The position numbers and the translations under genes were made by a program. Positions 23,651-37,800 of a stretch of 64,000 nucleotides of DNA are shown piece by piece. The number at the start of each line of letters is the position of its first letter. Position 1 is the first letter of the stretch. The stretch is from the NCBI GenBank assembly GCA_002269645.1, contig NIVC01000131.1:62001-126000 (forward strand), given 5' to 3'. Source of the stretch: Macrostomum lignano. Lineage: Eukaryota. The notes below the pieces were generated by a model, which worked only from the letters and a program-made list of their open reading frames with translations, was not told the DNA's origin and did no database searches.

Positions 23651-24449
23651 ATTGAACTGCAGGATTTCCAAGAAAAAAAAGAGCAATATGGGTACAAAAT
23701 GAAAATCAGGGGAGCCTGGGGCACACTGAAGCGGCACAGAAGACGCCCCAGAGCTCTCGTTTTGATTTCAATACAAGGGTATGCAATAATTATGTATAGA
23801 AAGCGGCACATTCGCATATGTGATAGGTGAGCTTGGAAATAAAAAAGCAACAAACAAACAAACAATTACACAACAAACAAACAAAAACTTATCAACTATT
23901 TACTTTGCTTCTCATATCGTGCGCGATGGGAATTAGCGAAATGCAACCGGACGGATGTGGCGGCTTATTAGGGGAGGGGAGGGGGCTTCAAGACAGGTAA
24001 GAGAATTACGACAGGGGATATCACTGGGATTAAATAAATTCACTCGAGGTTTCGGCGTCAACAAGGTAATTGATTAATATTAAAAAATATTTTTAATTAT
24101 ATCTTACATTAAATATGCCACTTATATTAACGCTGTACTATAAATAAACTAAGCTATATTATAGTAATTTTTCGAGGAAAACATTCTCATGCACGGGGGT
24201 CAATAGTGCAGAATGGCGACGTTGTAAAATAAAACAATATAAAAATACAAGAGGGTGCTCAGTGTGCTCAGGCGATTGGGACTTCTGACTGTCATTTGGC
24301 ATTTGGCATTTACAGATGCAGCAATAAGCAGTGCTGGCAGTTAGTTAGAATTTCTATGCTGCGTTTACTGATCTATAATGCAAATTAGTTTTCACAATAA
24401 TTAAGCAATTTTTTGAAAACTAAAGATAGAACATGGCATGATACAAACA

Positions 24450-25715
24450 CGCGGCACTCTACTGACTCACTGGGAAGGGGATGGCGGCACTCTAGTGACT
24501 CACTGGGGAGGGGGAGGCGGCACTCTACTGACTCACTGAGGAAGGGGAGGCGGCACTCTACTGACTCACTGGGGAAGGGGAGGCGGCACTCTACTGACTC
24601 ACTGGAAAGGGGAGGCGGCACTCTAGTGACTCACTGGGGAGGGGGAGGCGGCACTCTACTGACTCACTGGGAAGGGGATGGCGGCACTCTAGTGACTCAC
24701 TGGGGAGGGGGAGGCGGCACTCTACTGACTCACTGAGGAAGGGGAGGCGGCACTCTACTGACTCACTGAGGAAGGGGAGGCGGCACTCTACTGACTCACT
24801 GAGGAAGGGGAGGCGGCACTCTACTGACTCACTGGGGAAGGGGAGGCGGCACTCTACTGACTCACTGGGAAGGGGAGGCGGCACTCTAGTGACTCACTGG
24901 GGAGGGGGAGGCGGCACTCTACTGACTCACTGGGAAGGGGATGGCGGCACTCTAGTGACTCAACGGGGAGGGGGAGGCGGCACTCTACTGACTCACTGAG
25001 GAAGGGGAGGCGGCACTCTACTGACTCACTGAGGAAGGGGAGGCGGCACTCTACTGACTCACTGAGGAAGGGGAGGCGGCACTCTACTGACTCACTGAGG
25101 AAGGGGAGGCGGCACTCTACTGACTCACTGAGGAAGGGGAGGCGGCACTCTACTGACTCACTGAGGAAGGGGAGGCGGCACTCTACTGACTCACTGGGGA
25201 AGGGGAGGCGGCACTCTACTGGCTGGCTAGGGAGGGGGAGGCGGCACTCTACTGACTCACTGGGGAGGGGGAGGCGGCACTCTACTGGCTGGCTAGGGAG
25301 GGGGAGGCGGCACTCTACTGACTCACTGGGGAGGGGGAGGCGGCACTCTACTGGCTGGCTAGGGAGGGGGAGGCGGCACTCTACTGACTCACTGGGGAGG
25401 GGGAGGCGGCACTCTACTGGCTGGCTAGGGAGGGGGAGGCGGCACTCTACTGACTCACTGGGGAGGAGGAGGCGGCACTCTACTGGCTGGCTAGGGAGGG
25501 GGAGGCGGCACTCTACTGACTCACTGGGGAGGGGGAGGCGGCACTCTACTGGCTGGCTAGGGAGGGGGAGGCGGCACTCTACTGACTCACTGGGGAGGGG
25601 GAGGCGGCACTCTACTGGCTGGCTAGGGAGGGGGAGGCGGCACTCTACTGACTCACTGGGGAGGGGGAGGCGGCACTCTACTGGCTGGCTGGGGAGGGGG
25701 AGGCGGCACTCTACT
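24450..25715. repeat. G-rich minisatellite, 33-bp unit GCGGCACTCTACTGACTCACTGAGGAAGGGGAG, ~38 copies
   Basis: Seen directly; the distal part alternates two variants. Confidence 0.98.
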
Positions 25716-25865
25716 GACTAATAACGGAGTAGTCACTATAACACGGGTACACGTGAAAATAAATGACACTGATAATGACTGGAAAAAATATGCTAAATCC
25801 TACTGACTCTCAGGGAGACCCGGATGAAGAATCAAGTGGAAGACAAGCAGCATCCAATCCCAAAA

Positions 25866-28800
25866 CTACTTGAACAGCCTGGCCAACTGTTGCAGCTGGC
25901 GGCTCATATCGCTAACATCGCTGCTATTAGCCAGAGTCCGGTGGAAGTGCTGGATCTGGTCTGGCGTCGCCTGCACCAGTCCGTCCGGCCGGGTGGCCGG
26001 CAGCTGCAGCAAAGCGGCTCCAATCCAGTCGGACACTGTCCGCTGATCCAATAGCAACAGGCTGTGCAAAACCTCGGCAGCGTCCGGCACAGAGTAGCTA
26101 CTCAGCTGCAGTACGCTGGCGTGCACAAGCACCCGAGTGAGCGCGGCGCCGCCCTGCTCGGAGTCCGATAGCAGAGCCAGCACCGGTTCCCTGTGCTGCT
26201 GATTGTGCTGGCCAAGCTGCAGCAGTTCCTGCAGAAATTTTGTCACCGAGGCAACGGCGTCGCGATGCTCGGCGGACAGACTGCCCAGAGCCAGCTGCCA
26301 GATTGTTGGCAGAGCGCGCGACGCCAATAATTGGCCCGGACAGCGCTGCAAGAATCTTGTGCACAGCCGGAACAGATCCTCGGCCATGTCGGGATTCTGG
26401 GCCAGGCCGCGGCCGCTCTCCAGCGTTGCCAGTGTTGGCCCCATCATGGCTTCGAGCAGCTGCAGCAGGCCCACCTGGCAGGTTGAGTCTTCGCCAAATT
26501 CGTCAGTTAGAATGCCGGCCAGGTACAGGAAGCAGGAGTGGGGACAGGCGGCGTAGCTGAGCATGATGCGGTCGGCCAGCTGGGGCAGGAGGGGTGCACA
26601 CGACCGCTTGAGGCAGCGGACCTGCAGGGGTAGGGAATGTTTTAGGTTTAACATTCAGTAGGTTCACATCCTGGAGTTGGGAGCTTTGGGGTTGGTCAGC
26701 TGGAGTTGGGAGCTTTGGGGTGGGTCGGCTGGAGTTTGGGAGCTTTGGGTGGGTCAGCCGGGGTTTGGGAGCTTTGGGTGGGTTAGCTGGAGTTTGGGAG
26801 CTTTGGGGTGGGTCAGCCGGGGTTTGGGAGCTTTGGGGTGGGTCAGCCGGGGTTTGGGAGCTTTGGGTGGGTCAGCTGGAGTTTGGGAGCTTTGGGGTGG
26901 GTCAGCTGGAGTTTGGGAGCTTTGGGGTGGGTCAGCTGGAGTTTGGGACTTTTGGGTGGGTCAGCTGGAGTTTGGGAGCTTTGGGTGGGTCAGCTGGAGT
27001 TTGGGAGCTTTGGGGTGGGTCAGCTGGAGTTTGGGAGCTTTGGGGTGGGTCAGCCGGGGTTTGGGAGCTTTGGGTGGGTCAGCTGGAGCTTGGGAGCTTT
27101 GGGGTGGGTCAGCCGTGGTTTGGGAGCTTTGGGGTGGGTCAGCCGGGGTTTGGGAGCTTTGGGTGGGTCAGCTGGAGTTTGGCAGCTTTGGGGTGGGTCA
27201 GCCGGGGTTTTCTGAGCCTTGGGGAGGGTCAGCCGAGGTTTGGGAGCTTTGGGGGTCAGCATGGGTTTGGGAGCCTTGAAATGCATTTTGGAATTTAGTG
27301 CTATGTATTAGTAATCAGAAGTCAAAAGAACCGTAGTAAGACAGTAAGCCATTTAAAACAATACCCTCGCCGAAGCTTACCTGGTACCGGATGACCCGGC
27401 AGGTGTGCTCCACAACTCGCATGCAGTCGGGATACTGAGCCAGAGTGCGCTCAATCGACGGCCAGACGGCCCGCATGACGGGCAGGCCGGGATGCGACTC
27501 CGACGAGCTGCTCAAATTGGGATGAAATTCCCTAAATAGCGTGGCCAGACAGTCCAGCCAGGGTATGGGATTGGCTTTGCCTGCGTTTGGACCGCAACAA
27601 CTGCCGCCGCTGCAGCCGCTGCGACTGCCAGCTGCGGTGCGGGCTGCCAACGCAGCTTCGAGGCCGGCCACCTGCACGTCGCATAGGCGCTGCAGGCCTG
27701 CCGTGATCTGCTGCTCGTCTGGCAGCCGGCTCAGCACCTGTGTGATGCCGCACAGCAGCTCCTGTGGGCCGGGGTGGGGAATGGAATTTGCTTAGTGGGT
27801 AGACGATAGACTGAGCATCTGGGAGCGGCTCAGCCTGAGGGTTTGGGAGGCTGGCCAAGAAACTGAGGGTCTGGGAGGCTGGCCCAATAACTGAGGATCT
27901 GGGAGGCTGGCACAGAAACTGAGGGTCTGGGAGGCTGGCCAAGAAACTGAGGATCTGGAAGGCTGGCCAAGAAACTGAGGGTCTGGGAGGCTGGCCAAGA
28001 AACTGAGGATCTGGAAGGCTGGCCAAGAAACTGAGGATCTGGAAGGCTGGCCTAATAACTGAGGATCTGGGAGGCTGGCCCAGAAACTGGGGATCTGAGA
28101 GGCTGGCCCAATAACTGAGGATCTGAGAGGCTGGCCAAGAAACTGAGGGTCTGGGAGGCTGGCCAAGAAACTGAGGATCTGGAAGGCTGGCCAAGAAACT
28201 GAGGATCTGGAAGGCTGGCCTAATAACTGAGGATCTGGGAGGCTGGCCCAGAAACTGAGGATCTGGAAGGCTGGCCTAAAAACTGAGGATCTGGGAGGCT
28301 GGCCAAGAAACTGAGGATCTGGGAGGCTGGCCAAGAAACTGAGGGTCTGGGAGGCTGGCCAAGAAACTGAGGGTCTGGGAGGCTGGCCAAGAAACTGAGG
28401 ATCTGGAAGGCTGGCCTAATAACTGAGGATCTGGGAGGCTGGCCCAGAAACTGGGGATCTGAGAGGCTGGCCCAATAACTGAGGATCTGAGAGGCTGGCC
28501 CAGCATTAGGATGACGGCATAAACCAGTCTCACCTGTGCCGCATCCGGCTTGAGGCCGGAATTGTTAGGCAGAGTCTCGGCCACCTGCAGCAAGCCAGCA
28601 AACTGGCTCTGCATCTGGGTTTTGCAGAATGTGCAATACTGGCCAAGGGCCGAGGCTGACGCGCTGACCAGCTCTGGATTGCTCAGAGCGTTCAGCAGCA
28701 CGGGGAACACGGCGCCAAGGAACTCCTGATGGATGTTGACCCACACGGCCATCTTGCCTAGGAAGGTGAGTCCGGTCAGCTGAAGAGGAATCGGCGTGCT

Positions 28801-31800
28801 ATCAGGCGGCAACGATAGCACGGCGTGCAGCAGCTGTGGTGTGACCTCGTTCTCCTGCCTGCGGTGGGTGGGCGAGGGGTGGCAACAGCTAGAGTACATC
28901 AATCGATAGACATCGATGTACATGTATGGGGCGCGCAGCTTTGGGGTTTACCCAGCCGTTCCAAGTCACGTGACGACTTACATCTGCGTGCATGCGTGCC
29001 AAAAAAATTGAAACGACTGGATGAATAAACACGCCTCGAAACTCAGGCTAAAGACTTTCTGAGTGGCCCTCAGTACACGAGCGTGTCACATTCACAGACA
29101 ACTTGCAGCCTGCTAACACTTACGAGGACACTTCGCTAACAATGATGCACAGAATGAACAGTACAGCCTCAGTCAGACGCCAATCAGCGGAGGAGCTGGC
29201 CTCGAATTCCTTCAACAGGTTGAACATCTGCAATGATTTTTATGACAGTTCATATAGCAAAGAAATGAGTGATTGAACAAGACTAAAAAAGCGATAGTTA
29301 TTGCCACAAAAACTAGATGTCATTCACAAAAATGCGCTCGTATACTATTTTGACAGTAGCAAAATTGGCGTTTTTAAACAGAAGCAGCAAGAAAAAATTA
29401 GTGGCACCCTTAGCAACCAGACAGGCCGATAAACAGGTAGGCTTTCTTTCCTCTTGCCCGCTTGCATCTGACTTTGACCTCTCTCCTTGCTGCTCACTCA
29501 TTGGCTGAGCTAGATTAGGCCTGCCCCTAGACTGAGTTTCGTCCGCGTCTGACTGCCCTCTCTCTCCTCACTGCTCTCTCATTGGCTGAGCTAGATTAGG
29601 CCTGCCCCTAGACTGAGTTTCGTCCGCGTCTGACTTTGCCCTCTCTCTCCTCACTGCTCTCTCATTGGCTGAGCTAGATTGGGCCTGCCCCTAGACTGAG
29701 TTTCGTCCGCGTCTGACTGCCCTCTCTCTCCTCACTGCTCTCTCATTGGCTGAGCTAGATTAGGCCTGCCCCTAGACTGAGTTTCGTCCGCGTCTGACTT
29801 TGCCCTCTCTCTCCTCACTGCTCTCTCATTGGCTGAGCTAGATTGGGCCTGCCCCTAGACTGAGTTTCGTCCGCGTCTGACTTTGCCCTCTCTCTCCTCA
29901 CTGCTCTCTCATTGGCTGAGCTAGATTGGGCCTGCCCCTAGACTGAGTTTCGTCCGCGTCTGACTTTGCCCTCTCTCTCCTCACTGCTCTCTCATTGGCT
30001 GAGCTAGATTGGGCCTGCCCCCTAGGCTGAGCTTCGTTCGTCTTGCATTCACTTGTGGCACTGCACAGACAAACTACTGAAAAAGAGTTAGACATCTAGT
30101 TATTCTAAAGCACCTGTGGTTACTATATACTTTTTATAACATTATTACAATTGGTTTTGGTGTTTCTTATTATGTTTCTGATTCCATTAAATTTCACAAT
30201 ACTCAACAAAGATTTTTTATTTCGGCAAAGTTACTCATCACTTGACATGGAGATTGATATCAGCAATGACCTGATCGAAACTAAAGTCTTTAGGAAGCCC
30301 AGCTTCACCGGCCTTATGCTGAGATTTGATGCCCTCTGCCCATGGCAATGGAAGAATGGCCTGATTCGCTGCTTTCTGCATAGAGCTTTTCTGATCTGTA
30401 GCTCCTGGAAACTGTTTCATGATGAGGTGGAACAGCTTACTGGCTATCTCATTGGGAATGGTTACCCCAGGAACTATGTGTCTCGCATTGTGAACCAGTT
30501 TTTAAATAAAAAGCTGACTAATCAACAGAGCACTCAGGAGTATAATGCTAAAGAAACTAACAGCCCTACGATTGTGTTGCCGTTTTTTGGCCTATGCTCT
30601 ATTGAGTGTAAGAAGAAAGTTGAAAAACTGTTCAAAAAAAGCCTCAACGTTCAGCTTAGGATCACGTTCCGCACAGAGAAGGTGTCCCAGTATGTCTGCA
30701 ACTTGAAGTCCCGTGTCCCTCGGCCTCTCAATGCAGGTGTCATTTATAAATTTCATTGCTCTGGCGACCAGAGTATTTCGTACATCGGAAAAACTAAGCG
30801 ACACTTGTACACCAGGGTCAAGGAGCACTGGACCAAAATATCTGCTGTACAGGAGCACCTTCTCACATGCAACTCATGCTGTAACAGCAAACCGATTGAT
30901 TTATTTAAGATTATCGATTCTTGCCGCCATGAGCACACTTTGAATATCTTAGAGGCTATGTACATCAAAGATCAGAACCCGAGCCTAAACTGCCAGCTAG
31001 CTATGGGGGGTGCCAGCCGCCAACTCAGCGTGTTTTAGCTTGGAGTGTACGCTACTGCACCGTGTGTTAACTTGTGTCGATTGAAAACTACGTACAATAA
31101 TTTATATTGTGTATTCAACTTATCACAGGTATATTTATTCAACTGTTTATTAGAATTTTCAATTTCACTACTGCCCTGACGATGACCTACAAGGGTCGAA
31201 ATGCATTGGCAATTGAATTAAAGTAAATAAAAACGAGTTAATGTTTGTTCTCTCATTCATTTTATTCCTATTTATTAAGCGAGCTACTCTACCAAAGTTA
31301 CTCATCATTATAGGTTTCTTGGAATTTCAAGACTTAAATAAAAGCTGCTCACTGTGCAAAGTAGTCGCTCCGGCTCCACCAGATAGAGCACATCCTCCAG
31401 CAGCTCGGTTACCCGTTCCCGGAACTCGTGGAACCCGGTCGTATCCTGGTCGGCATCGCCAGTCGTAGAGTTGGGCGAAGCGCACTGGCAGTGCTTGACT
31501 AGGGCCACCACAACTCGCTCCATGTAGGGCTGGAACAGTTCTTTAGACTTACTAACTGACACAGCTGCGGCAAATGAATACCAGAAGGACAGTGTGTACT
31601 CTGCCAGCTCCCGGCAGGGATGGCCGACTACGGTCAGCAGTAGGTCCAGAGTGCGCAGCGAGCCCAATCCAACATTTGGTTCGTTGGTCAGCTTTGGCGT
31701 GAGGGACTGCGCCATGTCCGACCAGACTCGGCAGATACTAATACACCTGCGACAGTGACGCCAGGTAGACTCTTGGTTATATAGACTCTTGCGGCTTGCG

Positions 31801-34800
31801 ACCACCTATGCTTCAGGTTGCGTCACTATCTCACTCCAAAAAATTCGGTGGACACCATTACCCCCCCTGACCCCAAGATTCGGTGGGTTCCATTACCCCC
31901 CCCCCAAAAAAAAGATTTGGTGGGCGCCATTATCCACCCAAAGATTCGGTGGGTGCCATTATCCCCCCCCCCCAAAAAAAAGATTTGGTGGGCGCCATTA
32001 TCCACCCAAAGATTTGGTGGGCGCCATTGGCCCCAAGATTCAGTGGGCGCCATTATCCCCCCCCCCAAAAAAGTTTTAATGGGCGCCATTATCCCCCCCC
32101 AAAAAAAAGATTCGGTGGGCGCCATTTACCCCCCCCCCGCCCAAAAATTCGGTGGGTGCCAACAACCCTCCAAAGATTCGGTGGGCGTCATTACCCCCCC
32201 CCCGCCCCACAAAGATTCGCTGGGGCGCCATTATCCCCCCGGCCCCAAAGATTCGATGGGCGCCACTATATGAAGAAAACTTAGTCTCTAGACATAGGTT
32301 TCCATACCCCACCAACCTGGAAGTGTCCTCGGCTGCCACGCTGGCCTGGTAGGCGGGCTCCAGGCCTAAGGCGGCGTTAACCATGGCCGGCACCACGGTG
32401 GGGTACAAGTCAACAGCTTCGACAGCGTAGAAGGCGGAGCACAGGCACTCGGCGGCGGTCGTGTGAGCGGACTCGGCCAGGTCAGGCGACAACGAGCCGG
32501 CAGTGGCGGTCTGACTGCCAGCAATGAACCGGAAAGGCGCCAGCAGCAAGTCCATTCGATGCTGCTCAACAAAATCGTTATCGGCGAATACGCCGACTGA
32601 CCACCACTGGCCGAAGGTGCCAATCAGTTTGTTGGCCAGCTTCCAATTGCCGGCCGATTCGTACTGGTTGAGACAGCTGGCCTGTGAATAGATTAGAGTA
32701 AACATGTTTAACCTATGTTGATAAGAATTTTACTACTGACAAAAGTAGAATATAAGCATGTGAGTCTAGAATGTTTGAAAAAGTTCCATATAAAAAATGA
32801 CTTTTTGGGGGGGGGGGGTTATTTGATTTTAATAATAAACTTAAATATGGACTCATATCAGTATACTGTCGATGTCAGCATAGCCAAACTGGTGTCAGCA
32901 TTGCCAAACTGGTGTCAGCATAGCCAAACTGGTGTCAGCATAGCCAAACTGGTGTCAGCATAGCTAAACTGGTGTCAGCATTGCCAAACTGGTGTCAGCA
33001 TAGCCAAACTGGTGTCAGCAAAGCCAAACTGGTGTCAGCATAGCCAAACTGGTGTCAGCAAAGCCAAACTGGTGTCAGCATTGCCAAACTGGTGTCAGCA
33101 TAGCCAAACTGGTGTTAGCATAGCCAAACTGGTGTCAGCAAGCCAAACTGGTGTCAGCATAGCCAAACTGGTGTCAGCAAAGCCAAACTGGTGTCAGCAT
33201 AGCTAAACTGGTGTCAGCATTGCCAAACTGGTGTCAGCATAGCCAAACTGGTGTCAGCATAGCCAAACTGGTGTCAGCATAGCCAAACTGGTGTCAGCAA
33301 AGCCAAACTGGTGTTAGCAAGCCAAACTGGTGTCAGCATAGCCAAACTGGTGTCAGCATAGCCAAACTGGTGTCAGCAAGCCAAACTGGTGTCAGCATAG
33401 CCAAACTGGTGTCAGCATAGCCAAACTGGTGTCAGCATAGCCAAACTGGTGTCAGCATAGCCAAACTGGTGTCAGCAAGCCAAACTGGTGTCAGCATAGC
33501 CAAACTGGTGTCAGCAAAGCCAAACTGGTGTCAGCATAGCTAAACTGGTGTCAGCATTGCCAAACTGGTGTCAGCATAGCCAAACTGGTGTCAGCATAGC
33601 CAAACTGGTGTCAGCATAGCCAAACTGGTGTCAGCATAGCCAAACTGGTGTCAGCATAGCCAAACTGGTGTCAGCATAGCCAAACTGGTGTCAGCATAGC
33701 CAAACTGGTGTCAGCATAGCCAAACTGGTGTCAGCATAGCCAAACTGGTGTCAGCATAGCCAAACTGGTGTCAGCATAGCCAAACTGGTGTCAGCATAGC
33801 CAAACTGGTGTCAGCATAGCCAAACTGGTGTCAGCAAAGCCAAACTGGTGTCAGCATAGCCAAACTGGTGTCAGCAAAGCCAAACTGGTGTCAGCATTGC
33901 CAAACTGGTGTCAGCAAAGCCAAACTGGTGTCAGCAAAGCCAAACTAAACAGAGACGGAACTCACAAAGAAGTCCAACAGCTCCAGCCTGTGCTGATCCC
34001 ATTCTCCAATGAGTTCGTGCCGGCGGTTCTGGCCAAGCCGCAACGATTTATTATTAATCTCCTCCGGCATTACAAACAATATCTCAAGTAGATTGTCCAT
34101 CAAGTGGCCGTCTCGCGATAATGTAACGATAATTTCCTGCAGGGAATTGCGCCACTGCACCATCTGCAGTGCCAGGTCGGCTATGGCCAGGCACAGCTGG
34201 GTGACTACCTGAGGCGAGGTGCGACTTTGACTGTTGAGATGGCTGAATAGAGAGGCCTTTAGGTCCTGCGATTGAAATGAGTTTTTTTAAATATAAGACA
34301 ACCATCTTCAAGTTGCTACTACTAGTAGAAATAAACAACTTTTCTTAATTAAATAACAAATTGTAAATTAAATTAAACAGACATACATGATGCGTATTAG
34401 GCGGCAGCTCGTGGAACTGGTACTTGATCTGAAATGGTTACAAAAAGTTCATTCAAATATCAATGACATCTAAGAAAGAAACAAAGATAGAGAACAACCT
34501 TAGATCGCATAGTCTGAGCGGCAAAGTAGCAACAGCTCAGGTCAGTGTTGTGCTGCAGGATGTCATTACAGATTTGCCAAGAGTAAATCTGTGTGAATGC
34601 AATTAGTGGAGGGTACTCATTGGAATAGGGCCATATCAAAATTAAGATGATATTATTTGCAAAGTATATAACTTATTTTTGCAAGAATCCTAATGTTTAG
34701 AAACTAGTTGCTGCAAGATTTTTTTACATCATTTTAAGATATGATTTTAAGATTTTAAGACATTTTTAAGATATATACCTCTACATGAACTACAAGCATA

Positions 34801-37800
34801 TTAAAAAATAAAATAAACTAAGTATTTATATCAACAAATGGCTGCTTAAATCAAATGCTAATATTCTCCCTAGTTATAGACTTAAATCCTTTTCTAGTTT
34901 AATATAACAAAAAATATATTATTTTCTTTAAAAATTGTTTGTTGTTTAGTGCATTAATGTTACTTGTAGTGGAAAGATGCATGTTTTGACTATTTTTATA
35001 ATTGTTTTCTAAAAATATAATAATAATAATTAATTGTTTATTAATAAAGTTTGTTGGCATTTAGCATGGCTTGTAAGTAGAATATTTAGAGATAAAAAAT
35101 TTCTTTATTTTATAACTATATGTATTAAAAAATTAATTTTGAAAGTTTTTTAAGTCAAAATTTTTTATTTGAAATTTGGAAAAACCAAAAATATTTTGAA
35201 TTTTTTAAATATCATCTAGATTTCTGTTGCAATTCAATGTTTCATGTATGAATGCTACTAGTAAATGCAAGTAAGAATGCTAGTAAAAGTAATAAGAAAT
35301 ACTAAGACAAATACTAAGATATATACTCAGACTTTTTCTCAGTTTACACTCATTATATACTTAGACTAATATTTAGACAAGTGCTTAGACCCAATTCTAA
35401 GACTATTGCTTAGAGATAAATTGTAATCTAGCACAACTTTGGTAGCATTAGTGAAGTTAGAAAATCTCCCATTATAAGTTGTTAAATGATTGATAGTAAG
35501 AGTTTACCTCTATCAAAACTTTGATAACAACCATAATAAGATTATTTTAGAGGTACAACCAATAGCCCTCTCACAACTTGCTTGCAGCTATGAAATTGGT
35601 TCAAAAAGTAGAACATTTTGAGAGGACAGAAGTAACCTCCAGGGCATTAGCTATTGCCAAAATTTCATTGTAGCATATACTTTTTCTATAATAATGCAAG
35701 AATATGCTACAAGAACATATGACTAAAAGATATAGAATTAAGGTCTATGAAGTTTGCTTGTGAGAAGTTTGCTTGCTAAACTTTGCTTGTTAAATTTTTC
35801 TTGCAGAAAATTTGCTTGCTGCATATAAGCTTGCCAAAGTTTGTTTGCAGGAACTTTGCTTGTAGAAATTTTGCTTGCTGAGGTTTGCCAGCCAGTTTTC
35901 TTGTGGAAATCAGGAACTACAACGATATATACTTTTACCAATCCCTGTCTATCTTCTATCTATACTAAATGTCGAATCATTCTATATACTAAATTCTTAA
36001 AATGAAACTCTATAAGCCTAGTTTGAAAGCTTAGTGTCAAGTCAGTTTACTTTGTGATGCTGATAAGAATCTACTTGCAAAGCATCTGTAGACTTTAGTA
36101 AGTAATAATTGAATGACAAACTTCACAAGCAATCAAAACAAGCAAGCAAACAAGAAAATAATTTAGCAAGTTAAAACCTTGCAATAGTGATTGCAAATTT
36201 CTAGGAAGCAGACATCAAAATTCTGCAAAGAAAGTTTGGCAAGCAAAGCTCTTACAAGAAAAGTTCAGCAAGCAAAGTTCCTACAAGCAAAATTTGGCAG
36301 GCAAAGTTCCTGCAACCAAACTTTGGCAAGGAGAATTCCTCCAACCAAATTATCTACAAGCAAAGTGTGGCAAACAAAGTTCGGCAGGCAAACTTTGGCA
36401 GGCAAACTTTGACAAGAAAACTTGGGCAAGCAAAGTTTGGCAAGCAAACTTCCCACAAGCAAATGTTGTACTCCTATAGAATTGGCTAATATATATTTCA
36501 CTAGGCTTAACTTGCCATAATTAATATAAGTAATTGATTGTTACTAGTAGTTTAAATCTACTTTGGCAAAAGAATTTTCAATGAAAGTCAATAATAGCAA
36601 AACTTTTGCAATGACCATCCTATATCCTAAAAATGAGTTATTTTTTATCTAAAGCTAGCCATTTTTAGTGAAAAATTGTTGCAATAGATCTAAGCTTTAG
36701 CAAAGAGCAAAGAGTTAGTTGTTTTAAAAAAAGTCAAAATGAAAAAAGACTATCTTGTTGTTACATCTTTTATTATATGGCAATTCTTTATTATTTAAAT
36801 GCTGTTTTATTAGGTGCCATTCCTTTATATCAAGATTTCAAAGTTCAATTTAGGAACTAGAACTGAAAAACTATACTATCATTCCTAGAATCTATCAATT
36901 GCACTTTATATGTATATAACATAGAGCACTAACTAAGTTATAAGTTTTTTTAATTTAAAAATTATAAATATATAATGTAAAAGGTGGTCAATGAATAATT
37001 TTTTAAAGCTACAACTACCAAAGTGGCATATTTACAATTATAGTTATAAGTTATAAATAGCCTATCTATCTTTTAGCCAAACTGGTTACTTTTTTTGGCC
37101 AAAATATATCTATAACTCAGAACATCCTGAATGTATGCTGGACTAAAATCTCCTACAATTTATTTGGTACGCCTATTTGCACCAAATTTTTTCCAACCCA
37201 GAAAAAATTATAATTCTAGAAAAAAAATTAGGCTTGTTACGAGCTTCATTTAGTGTTGCGATGTACCAAAAAACCTTTTTTAGCCAAAAATTCCTCCTAA
37301 AAAAGGTCATTCTAAGACCTTAAGCCTTTCTAAAAGGTCTTTCTTAGTTTTCTAAGAAAGGCTTTCGTACGAAAATTCTTTCAAATACTACGAATATTTT
37401 CATTTTAAACAAACTTAAATTAAACCTAGAGAAAAGAGAATGCAAAATTTACATTCTTAGCAATAATTTACACAAGTTTTATTCATTGTTAATTTTAAAA
37501 AAGCAAAAAGTTTATCACTGATTATCTAGACTATACAAATTTTCCTTCATTTTACATAAAAACTAAAAAGGGTTAATTTACATTACAATTTTTATACACG
37601 GCATGAATTTATTCACCAAAATTGGTACGCCAAAAATTTCTTGAGCTCAAAGTAGTACGCCAAAATAGCCAAACTTTTCAATGGTATGCCGGAAAATTCT
37701 GGCTTACATGTAACCTTCCTGAGTTTGGATAGTGGAAAATCAATGCATGCCAAGATTTTTTTCATTCTTTTAAAATAATTACTTTCTATTTAAATTTACT

